Of a stretch of DNA of 64,000 nt, positions 41,860 to 50,452 are shown piece after piece. Every line of letters begins with the position of its first letter. The stretch's first letter is position 1. This DNA is from an uncultured Spirochaetota bacterium (GTDB taxonomy: Bacteria > Spirochaetota > UBA4802 > UBA5550): the NCBI GenBank assembly GCA_963827275.1, contig CAWHAA010000008.1:320001-384000 (forward strand), read 5' to 3'. A model generated the notes under the pieces. That model searched no databases. It was not told where the DNA came from and worked only from the letters and a program-made list of their open reading frames with translations. The translations under genes and the position numbers were made by a program.

Positions 41860-42479
41860 TTTTCGGCTCCTTTCTCGTTTTTGTATCGTCTGTCCAGAAT
41901 GCCCCTTCCAATCGTGTCGCCCATGAATCTCCGGAAATCAGCGTCGCTGATCTCCATGTAATCGAACAGTCCCAGCTTTTTAAGCTGCAGCATCCCCTCG
42001 GCCACGGCGGCAAGAAGCATGGAGAGCATGCGCGGGTCGATGTCGCGGAACGATCCCTCCCGGATGCCGTCGCGGATCGTGTCCTCCATGAGCCCGTACA
42101 TCTCGCCCAGCTTTTTGGTTACTTCAAGATAGTCGTCCTTGACGTCCTGGTCGTAATGGGCCCTGTACTCCATCAGGATGTTGTAGTGGTCCCGGTTGTT
42201 GTAAAAGAAATCGATGTAGGAATCGAAGGTCGAAATCAGCTTCTGGCTCGGCGTCTTCCTGCTCTGCATGCGCTCGCTGAAGCTCTGAATGAGGATGTCG
42301 ATCGCCTCGAAGCAGATCGTCTTGTAGATGTCCTTCTTGTCCCTGAAGTGAAAATAGATGGCGCCGGTGGTGAGCTTCGCCTTTTCGGCTATGGCGCGGA
42401 TCGAGATGCCGTTATAGCCGTAGCGGGGGAGAAGCTGGCGGGCTGTTTTCAGTATGCGTTCCCTGTTGTTTTTTCTCAT
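41856..42479 (-). CDS. TetR/AcrR family transcriptional regulator
   Basis: RERILKTARQL…GYNGISIRAIAEKAKLTTGAIYFHFRDKKDI. Confidence 0.9.
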   Translation of the reverse strand: MRKNNRERILKTARQLLPRYGYNGISIRAIAEKAKLTTGAIYFHFRDKKDIYKTICFEAIDILIQSFSERMQSRKTPSQKLISTFDSYIDFFYNNRDHYNILMEYRAHYDQDVKDDYLEVTKKLGEMYGLMEDTIRDGIREGSFRDIDPRMLSMLLAAVAEGMLQLKKLGLFDYMEISDADFRRFMGDTIGRGILDRRYKNEKGAEK

Positions 42480-42564
42480 TGTACGGTCCGATGGCGCCCC
42501 TGATAAGGCCCCCGGCACACCCGGGGTTCCGGGCAGGGGGGTGCTCCAGGGGCGCGGTCGTTCA

Positions 42565-43290
42565 TTAATCCCCTATCATGAGGAAGACCGGCTCAATGGA
42601 TTCCTTCGGGTCCATCGTGTCCATCACCTCGATGATGTCGCGGTACATCCGCTTCTTCATCTCCCCGAGGATGCCCCGCTTTTTCTGGAAGGACCTTGCA
42701 AAGGCGAGCGCCTCGCTCATGAGTTCTTCCTTGCCGGCGCATGCCTTTTGAATTATATTGAACTTTTCCAGCTCGGGCGCGCCGTAGCGGTTGCCGCCGA
42801 ACTGCATCTCCACCAGCTTGTTCATGGGCACGACTTTTTTAACAAACGCGTTCATGCCGTAGAGGAGCGGAATGCCGACGTTCACTTCCGGGAAGCAGAA
42901 AAAACCTTTGTCCGCGCGCATGAACCTGAAGTCGCATGCGCAGGAGATGATCGCGCCATTGCCGAAGGCGTGGCCGTTTATGGCGGCGATGGTCGGCATG
43001 GGAGAGAGCATGAGTTTTTTGAAGACGTCGTTCATCCTGTACATGAAGTCCTTGATCGGCTGGAATTCCTTCTTCATGTACAGGGGGCCCATCCAGGAGA
43101 CATCGACCCCCTGGGAGAAGTTCTTTTCGTCGCTGGAGGTGAGCACCAGCGCCTGTATGGATGAATCGGCCACGATTTCGTCGATCGCCTTGTTCATCGC
43201 TTCCGCGAACGCGAGGTTCTGCCTGTTTTCGCCGTTGTTCATGCTTATGATTGCCACATTTCCGTCTTTTGACCAGGATATGATAGACAT
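42565..43290 (-). CDS. Enoyl-CoA hydratase/isomerase family protein (delta3,delta2-isomerase-like)
   Basis: KNFSQGVD, PTIAAINGHAFGNG, CDFRFM…FCFPEV. Confidence 0.88.
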   Translation of the reverse strand: MSIISWSKDGNVAIISMNNGENRQNLAFAEAMNKAIDEIVADSSIQALVLTSSDEKNFSQGVDVSWMGPLYMKKEFQPIKDFMYRMNDVFKKLMLSPMPTIAAINGHAFGNGAIISCACDFRFMRADKGFFCFPEVNVGIPLLYGMNAFVKKVVPMNKLVEMQFGGNRYGAPELEKFNIIQKACAGKEELMSEALAFARSFQKKRGILGEMKKRMYRDIIEVMDTMDPKESIEPVFLMIGD

Positions 43291-43360
43291 GGGGGATCCT
43301 CCTTCTTGGTGTAGTAGATGATTTCGGTCTCAGGTATTCGGCCCTTCGCCGATCCGAGCC

Positions 43361-43390
43361 AAACATAACGATGTTATGTTTAAAGGTCAA
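43361..43390 (-). promoter_or_regulatory. Promoter of the ECH-TetR-NMO-FadH cluster with perfect palindromic operator
   Basis: Minus strand TTGACC (43390-85), 17 bp, TATGTT (43367-62); AAACATAAC-GAT-GTTATGTTT at 43361-43381. Confidence 0.7.
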
Positions 43391-43502
43391 GAAAAAATAT
43401 GATTTTTTTGTTGCCATGCGGACCGCGGTCCGGATAGTGAGGGAGACCCGGCCCAGCCGTGCGGGCCCTGGAATGCTATAATTAAAAACGACAGGAGCGG
43501 TT

Positions 43503-43880
43503 ATGAAATTTTCATTATTACTCTTCGGCCTCTACAAGATGATGCAGCGGACTGCGAAGAAGGTCCCGGAATTCAAGAACAAGCTCAAAGAAAAGGATTA
43601 TACCGTTGTCATAAAAACCGAAGACGGCAAAAAGGGTCGCTCGTATACATTTGCCGGCGGCGATATCTCCTCCCGGAGCGGGGACAGCGCAGGCGCGAAC
43701 CTCACCTTGGCATGGAAGGATGCCGCGACAGGGTTCAGGATCATGTCCAAGGGAAAGACCAAGGCCTTCATCGCGGCGCTGCAGGACGGGTCCCTCAAGC
43801 TGCAGGGTGACGGGAACCTTGTCCCGGTCTTTCTCGGTGCGGTCAAGGACATGATGAAAGGATTTAAAAAGAAAAAGTAA
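43503..43880 (+). CDS. SCP2 sterol/lipid-binding-like small protein
   Basis: ANLTLAWKDA…AFIAALQDGSLKLQGD pattern typical of SCP2-fold C-termini. Confidence 0.6.
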   Translation: MKFSLLLFGLYKMMQRTAKKVPEFKNKLKEKDYTVVIKTEDGKKGRSYTFAGGDISSRSGDSAGANLTLAWKDAATGFRIMSKGKTKAFIAALQDGSLKLQGDGNLVPVFLGAVKDMMKGFKKKK

Positions 43881-43888
43881 GGAAACCG

Positions 43889-45355
43889 ATGCATCAGAAA
43901 GCGACGCCATCTCTGGGCGCTTATCTGCCCGGCAAGCTGCGACAGGCGGCGGACGACAGCGCCCGCTTGATGGACATGATCAACCGTCTCACCCAGATCG
44001 CCTATGAAAAGGGGACGCGCAAAGGTGATATCGCTATCAGGGAAAAGCTGAAGGGGGTCGTCGGCGAGGTCGAGGAGCAGTACCGCGCTCTCCGTCTTTT
44101 CGCATCCGGCAAGAGCGGCGAAATTGACGCTTTCAGGGAGCTGCTCGATTTTTTCGACAGGCGGTTCCTCGATCATTCGGTGGTGGGAGCGCGCCTCGAT
44201 GCGCTGAAGGATGAAATCGCCGGCCAGGAGAAGCTCGACCAGGACCACAACACAAGGCATGCCGCTGAAGGCTATGTCCGCAAGGTCAACAGGTATGTGA
44301 AAGACCTGGAACGCGATTTGGCCGAGTGGGAAAAATATTTTTTATACCACGCCGAGCCGAAGCTCCGCAGGGTGCTTCACGATATCAATGAAATCGTGCT
44401 GTATTACGGTATTGACAGCGGGTTCAGGCGGCTCATAACAAACGACGATGTGTTTTCCCGGAGCGGTACCGCGTATGCGGACTTCAAGAAGGGGCTTGCC
44501 AGGTATGCCCGGACCTATATCAAGCTGGCACGGGCGCCGATGCCGGATGCGGACATCAGGGAGCTGATGAACCGTATCCTGCAGCAGATGGGGTTCCGCA
44601 ATCCTATCATGCGTACCAGGAACATCAACCAGGAAAAATACAACGAGATACTGACCGAGATCATCACAGAGGGGAGGCTTGCTGAATATGCGGAGAACTA
44701 TGCCGGCATGTCAGGCGGTGCGCTCGATGCGATCCGCGAGCATGAAAAACAGCGGGAGGGCCGGCTCCCCGATGTAAAGGACGTGTTCAGGGTGCTGGAG
44801 GACCTGTGCAATCTCGATGATGCGGTGAAGCCCGTCCGCGCTGGCACCGCCAAGGGACTCGCCCGTAATGAAAGCGGCCGCTTCCTTTTCCATGTGCCCG
44901 GCGCGTCGGAATACACCCTTAAAACCGTTTCGGAGTATCTCCGCGATTCCCACATATTTGTGGTTGACTGGATGTACAGGGAATTGCAGAAGACCCCTTC
45001 CCTGTCGCGGCTCATGGAGCCGCTGCTGGCGCTACTCCCTGCCATTCAGGAATTCATCGGGCGGTATGTGAACGCGCTCGAGACCGCGTCCGAAAAGACC
45101 AACCAGGCCGCCGCGTCCCTCCTGTCCGGCGAGAAGCACTATATTTCGAAAGAAATCGCCGGCGACCTGATCGAATCGATACGCAGGAACTGCGACGGGG
45201 TAAAAAGCGCCCTGATTGAGCTGTCCTATAACGCAGGCAGCAGCTCGTATAACAGGTCTGGGGTGCTCTCAAAAAAAATCGATATCCTGAAAGATTCCTG
45301 CAGCTCTTCCTTTGCAAAGATCGGCAAGGGGATTTCTGAAATGGACAGGAAGTGA
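43889..45355 (+). CDS. Hypothetical helical protein
   Basis: 488-aa ORF with host codon usage and no recognised motif. Confidence 0.7.
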   Translation: MHQKATPSLGAYLPGKLRQAADDSARLMDMINRLTQIAYEKGTRKGDIAIREKLKGVVGEVEEQYRALRLFASGKSGEIDAFRELLDFFDRRFLDHSVVGARLDALKDEIAGQEKLDQDHNTRHAAEGYVRKVNRYVKDLERDLAEWEKYFLYHAEPKLRRVLHDINEIVLYYGIDSGFRRLITNDDVFSRSGTAYADFKKGLARYARTYIKLARAPMPDADIRELMNRILQQMGFRNPIMRTRNINQEKYNEILTEIITEGRLAEYAENYAGMSGGALDAIREHEKQREGRLPDVKDVFRVLEDLCNLDDAVKPVRAGTAKGLARNESGRFLFHVPGASEYTLKTVSEYLRDSHIFVVDWMYRELQKTPSLSRLMEPLLALLPAIQEFIGRYVNALETASEKTNQAAASLLSGEKHYISKEIAGDLIESIRRNCDGVKSALIELSYNAGSSSYNRSGVLSKKIDILKDSCSSSFAKIGKGISEMDRK

Positions 45356-45380
45356 GCAGGGGCGGCCCGCCTGCCCCGCG

Positions 45381-46083
45381 TCAGATTCCGCGGATCTCGC
45401 ACCGGTCAGCGAAGGTGCGGGCGAAATCCCTGAACTGTATAAGGGTCTCCGCCGGGTATGGTTCGATCGCGCTCCATGAAGGATCAAGGAGCGGGACATC
45501 GCGCTGGAACTGCTGGAGGTAGTAGTTGCTGACCCGGCCGATCGCGTCCCTGATGGCGGCAAGGTCGTCACGCGTTACGTATCCGGGGACGCAGGTGGTG
45601 CGTATTTCGTAATCGATCCCCTCCGACCTTATGATATCGAGGCTCTCCGCTATCTTCCCGAAGTCGGCGTCGCGGTTGGTCACCGCGCGGTAGTTTCCCG
45701 GCGAGGTCTTTATGTCGATCGCCGCGTAGTCGATGAGCCCTGTTCTTGACAAGGCGCGCAAGGACATGCGGGAGCAGCCCGTTGGAATCGAGTTTCACCG
45801 CGAGGCCCATCTCTTTTATTGATCCGATGAAGGAATCTAAGTTCGGGGAGAGGGTCGGCTCGCCGCCGGTGATGGTGACGCCATCAATGAGTTTTTTTCT
45901 CTTCTGTAGATGAGCGCGAGCGCTTCCTCGTTACCCGTCAGCGCCAGGTCATGGGAGTCGGCGACGAGGTCGGGATTATGGCAGTATCCGCATCGGAGGT
46001 TGCAGCCCCCGCGTAAACAGGACGGTGCATATCTTGCCCGGGAAATCGATGAGGGAGGTTTTATAGATTCCCCTGATATTCAT
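45381..46083 (-). CDS. nrdG: Anaerobic RNR activating radical-SAM protein (frameshifts near 46011, 45908 and 45741)
   Basis: KTSLIDFPGKICTVLF, GCNLRCGYCHNP, ITGGEPT, VKLDSNG, DIK, YEIRTT, YYLQQF. Confidence 0.88.
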
Positions 46084-46229
46084 AGGCGGGCGCCTGTTCC
46101 AGTCCGGTAGACTTTTCTTTCGCGTGAATTCTTCCTGCTTGCCCTTGTTCCACTGGTTTACCGGCCTGAAATATCCGACAACGCGGGAATAGACTTCGAC
46201 AGGGACTCTTAAGCTTCTTTCTTGTTCAT
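46080..46229 (-). CDS. Small stand-alone NrdD C-terminal glycyl-radical peptide (about 48 aa; indels near both ends; absent from the ORF track)
   Basis: GGGAG SD + ATG at 46229; VPVEVYSRVVGYFRPVNQWNKGKQEEF with the Gly codon at 46176-46174; the shifted frame gives ERKVY…* with an ATGA overlap on nrdG. Confidence 0.75.
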
Positions 46230-46330
46230 GTATATATCTCCCGTAGTATAGTAGTATAACGGCCTATGCCCGAAACGGGGGCCGGCAGGGACCCGGATTA
46301 TGTCGGATTCCCCTGATATAGTAATCGGCA

Positions 46331-48367
46331 TTATGCCCCGTCAACTTCAATACCAAATTCGATAAGCTGGTCCTCGGAATGGTCATAGGGACAGTAATTT
46401 ATGCGCCCCGGAGATATACCCGTGCACCGGGCATACGCTGAACGTCGGCGTAATGGTAAAATAGGGCAGCGAGTAGTTTTCCGCGATTTTTTTCACCAGC
46501 ATTCTTTACCGACTGGATGTCATTGATCTTTTCACCGAGGAAGAGGTGCACGACGGTACCGCCGGTAAACTTCGTCTGGAGCTCGTCCTGGTGGTCGAGC
46601 ACGTCGAACAGGTCGTCGGTGTGCCCCACCGGCAGGTGGACGGAATTCGTGTAATAGGGCTCCTGCCGCCCGACGTCTTGATGTCCCGGAAGAGCTTCCT
46701 GTCATGCATGGCGAACCGGTAGCTCACGCCCTCGGCCGGAGTGGCCTCGAGGTTGTAGAAGTTCCCGGTCTCCTCCTGGAACTTCATGATCCTGTCCCGC
46801 ATGAAATCGAGGATCTTGAGCGCGAAGTCCTTTCCCTCGATCGAGGCGATGTCGGTGTTGAGCATGTTCAGGCAGGTCTCGTTCATGCCGATCAGGCCGA
46901 TGGTGGAGAAGTGGTTGATCCAGTATTTCTTGTTCCGTTCGTAAATGCCTGAGAGGTAGTGCTTTGTGTAGGGATACAGGTTGTTTTCGGTGAAATTTTC
47001 CAGCGCCTTGCGCTTGATCTCCAGCGAGTTTTTCGCAAGGACCATGAGGCGCTCCAGCGTCTCGAAGAACTCGCCCTCGCTCTTCGACGTATAGGCGATG
47101 CGCGGCAGGTTGATGGTGACCACGCCGATGCTGCCGGTGAGGGGGTTCGCACCGAACAGGCCGCCGCCCCGCTTCCGGAGCTCGCGGTTGTCGAGCCGGA
47201 GGCGGCAGCACATGGACCGCGCGTCCTCCGGGTCCATGTCGGAGTTTATGAAATTCGCGAAGTAGGGGATGCCGTATTTCGCGGTCATCTCCCACATCAG
47301 GTCGAGCCGGGCGTTGTCCCAGTCAAAATCCTTGGTGATGTTGTAGGTGGGGATCGGGAAGGTGAAGATCCTGTTTTTCGCGTCGCCTTCCGACATCGCC
47401 TCGGCGAAGGCCATGTTGAACATGTCCATCTCTTCCTGGAAGTCGCCGTAGGTCTTTTCCCGGACCTCGCCGCCTATGATGACGTATTCGCCGGCGATGT
47501 TGCGCGGCACCGTGAGGTCCAGGGTCACATTGGTGAAGGGTGTCTGGAACCCTACCCGGGTGGGGATGTTCATGTTGAAGATGAACTCCTGGAGGCACTG
47601 CTGTCACCTCTTCATAGGAAAGCTTGTCATACCAGATGAAGGGCGCCAGGTACGTGTCGAAGTTGGCGAAGGCCTGGGCGCCGGCGGATTCGCCCTGGAG
47701 CGTGTAGAAAAAATTCACCACGTGGCCCAGGGCGCTCCGGAAATGCTTTGCCGGCCTGCTCTCGACTTTCCCCGGCACGCCGCCGAATCCGCGCATGCAG
47801 CAGGTCGCGCAGGTCCCATCCGACGCAGTAGGCGGAGAGGAGCCCCAGGTCATGGATATGGAAATCGCAGTTCACGTGCGCGTTCCGGATCTCCGGCGGA
47901 TAGATCCGCTCGAGCCAGTATTTCGCGGTTATCGCCGTGGCGATGTGGTTGTTCAGCCCCTGGAGGGAATAGCTCATGTTGCTGTTTTCGTTGACGCGCC
48001 AGTCGGAGCGGTCCAGGTAGCTTTCGATCAGTTCGAGCCCCTCGGTGAGAAGGCTTTTTCCTTCGCGGATCTTCCGGTGCTGCTCGCGGTAGATGATGTA
48101 GGCCTTGGCGACCTTGGCGTGGCCCCGCTCGATGAGCATTTTCTCGACCAGGTCCTGGACGTTCTCCACCGTGGGTATCCTGCCGTCCTTGTAGATGATG
48201 TTGAGGATGCCAATGATCGAGTCGGAGATGGCCTGGGCGGTGTTGCGGTCGCTTCCGCCGACGGCCTGGGCGGCTTTGTAGATGGCATCGGTGATTTTTT
48301 CCGGGTAGAAGGGGACGATTCTTCCATCGCGTTTTCTTATGAAGCTTGAATTGGTGTCGTCAGCCAT
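46331..48367 (-). CDS. nrdD: Class III anaerobic ribonucleoside-triphosphate reductase large subunit with ATP-cone (about five frameshifts)
   Basis: IRKRDGR…KI..AI ATP cone, DWRVNENSN, HIHDLG..SAYCVGW, FTFPIPT, RSMCCRL, TGSIGVVTIN, NLEATPAE, FTGGTVVH, CPVHGY…YCP. Confidence 0.9.
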
Positions 48368-48771
48368 CTGGTAACTCCGGGAAAACGAGAGGTTAATTTT
48401 GTATATACAAAATAATGAAATGTCGTTAAAAAAATAGAATTAGTTACTGCGTCAGGAAGAGAAATACTAATGTGACATAATCTTTCATGGTTGCTATGCT
48501 ACTTGTATATCCCATCATAATAAAAAGTCAATAAAAAATATTATGTCTCTCTAAAAAATTTTTTAAAAACTCATGTAAATTAAACAATGAGTTCAATTTA
48601 TACTTTTTTTGAAATTATTTTAAACAGGAAAACAGATGGCATGAAATTAACCCCGGGTATATTAATAATGAATAAAAAAAACTTGTATTCAGGGACTGAA
48701 GCTGGATTAATAAAATAAACCATGGGGAGCAAGCAATCTCGTATAATAAATTTTCACCTGAAGGTGCAATT

Positions 48772-49053
48772 ATGATAGAATTGACACATGTTGAAGGGAA
48801 AAATATCGGGAAACTGGTGCTGTACGCCCTATCCACCTGCATCTGGTGCAAAAAAACCAGGCAATTGCTCGATGATCTCAGGGTCGAGTACTATGTTACC
48901 TATGTTGACCTCCTGGAGGGCGATGATAACTCGTACGCAAAAAGCGAGGTAAAAAAATGGAACCCGCAATGCTCATTCCCCACGCTTGTCGTCAATGAGG
49001 AATCGTGCATCACCGGCTATGATGAAAAAAGGATACGGGAGCTGGCCAAATGA
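48772..49053 (+). CDS. Glutaredoxin / NrdH-like redoxin
   Basis: LYALSTCIWCKKT…NPQCSFPTLVV..I.GY. Confidence 0.88.
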   Translation: MIELTHVEGKNIGKLVLYALSTCIWCKKTRQLLDDLRVEYYVTYVDLLEGDDNSYAKSEVKKWNPQCSFPTLVVNEESCITGYDEKRIRELAK

Positions 49054-49565
49054 TGCCGCCGCGCGATCCTGCTCCGCCTGTGGTGGAAGCGCTCTACGAT
49101 GAGCTGCTCGACGACGCAGGCCGCGCCGGGTATTATCTGAACCCCGACGAAGCGTTCACGAAGGACCTGGTCCGGGGCCTCCTCATCAATGAAGAGAGGT
49201 ACGGGTACCGGGCCTGTCCCTGCAGGCTCGCGGCCGGGAGCCTGCGCGATGACAATGACATTATCTGTCCCTGCGATTATCGCGATGCCGATCTCACTGA
49301 ACACGGCGCCTGCTACTGCGGGCTGTATGTTTCGGGCGGGATACATGGGGGCAGGGAAGCCCTCATGCCGGTACCGGAGCGGCGTCCGCCGGAAGAGGAA
49401 CGCACGATGAAAAAAGAACAATCGGACCTGCCCCGGGATGCTACCGCATTGAGCTTCCCCGTGTGGCGGTGCAGGGTGTGCGGCTACCTCTGCGCCCGCG
49501 AAGAACCGCCGGAGATATGCCCCGTCTGCAAGGCAAAGCATGACCGGTTCGAGCGGTTCATGTAA
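49050..49565 (+). CDS. Ferredoxin:thioredoxin reductase catalytic-type protein fused to a rubredoxin domain (FDR-like)
   Basis: YG..ACPCR, ICPCDY, GACYCGLY; C-terminal WRCRVCGY…PPEICPVC. Confidence 0.9.
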   Translation: MMPPRDPAPPVVEALYDELLDDAGRAGYYLNPDEAFTKDLVRGLLINEERYGYRACPCRLAAGSLRDDNDIICPCDYRDADLTEHGACYCGLYVSGGIHGGREALMPVPERRPPEEERTMKKEQSDLPRDATALSFPVWRCRVCGYLCAREEPPEICPVCKAKHDRFERFM

Positions 49566-49680
49566 CGGCGGGAGGCGGCCATACTACCCGTCAAGTTTGC
49601 CCCGGGTAGTGACGATATTGTATAAAGAAGTTGCCTTGTTTTCTTAGAAGGCCCCGTACTACATATTCAAGGACACTGCG

Positions 49681-50202
49681 ATGAAAAGAGCCATATGCTG
49701 CGCCTGCGTTCTTATACTGATTGTCATGATGACCGTGTCACAGGGGAGCACCCAGTTCAAGTCAGATATGATCGACGCCGTGGCATTGACCGGTGGGGAT
49801 ATACCGGAAGGCTTCATGTTCGGCAAGATCCCTGAGCCTTATAGCAAAACATTGAAAGGCAACCCCTGGCTGATGGACAGGGCGGCGATCAAGCGGCTCG
49901 CCGGCAAGGTCTATCCGAACGGCGATTATAATAAAATAGCCGGCATGCATGTATCGATACTCGCCGACAAGAAAACGCCGTATGGGGACGATATCGTCTG
50001 CTACGTCATACTTTACACCGGCCTCAAGGCCGCCCAGGCGGAGATCAGGAAGGTCGCGGAGTTTGCCGACTTCAACAGGGACAGGGCCATTCTCATAACG
50101 AGGGACAACCTTGCGGTCATTCTGTTCGTTGATGACGTGAATAATCTTCACCTGATCCAGGAGCTGGCCCGGACCCTGGAGGGACGGATGAAGAATTTGT
50201 AA
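49681..50202 (+). CDS. Hypothetical secreted protein
   Basis: Signal peptide; no known motif. Confidence 0.7.
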   Translation: MKRAICCACVLILIVMMTVSQGSTQFKSDMIDAVALTGGDIPEGFMFGKIPEPYSKTLKGNPWLMDRAAIKRLAGKVYPNGDYNKIAGMHVSILADKKTPYGDDIVCYVILYTGLKAAQAEIRKVAEFADFNRDRAILITRDNLAVILFVDDVNNLHLIQELARTLEGRMKNL

Positions 50203-50452
50203 TCGTTGCTGCCTGGCCCCCAAACCCCCAGGATGGGGGCCTGAAAAACTTTTTATTCATGATGCTTGACGTTTTATAAAATATTTTCTATTTTATTAAT
50301 ATCCTGTTATTTCCTATCCTGTTGCTTAAATTCCTTGCATTTTTTATATTTTGCTGCCTGATTGATGGGGATCCCCTCCATCCGTTTTTTAATGCTTATG
50401 GAGCGGACCCTTTTCACGCGCGGTCGGATATTTTTTCTGGAGTGTGAGAGAT

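Noticed and set aside
37747..48367. Programmed ribosomal frameshifting in fadH, nrdG and nrdD
   Set aside because: Too many shifts per gene, with no shared slippery motif or downstream structure
48368..48771. NrdR boxes upstream of nrdD
   Set aside because: AT-rich sequence with no clear match to the consensus
50240..50452. CIRCE or CtsR site before clpB
   Set aside because: Neither consensus was found
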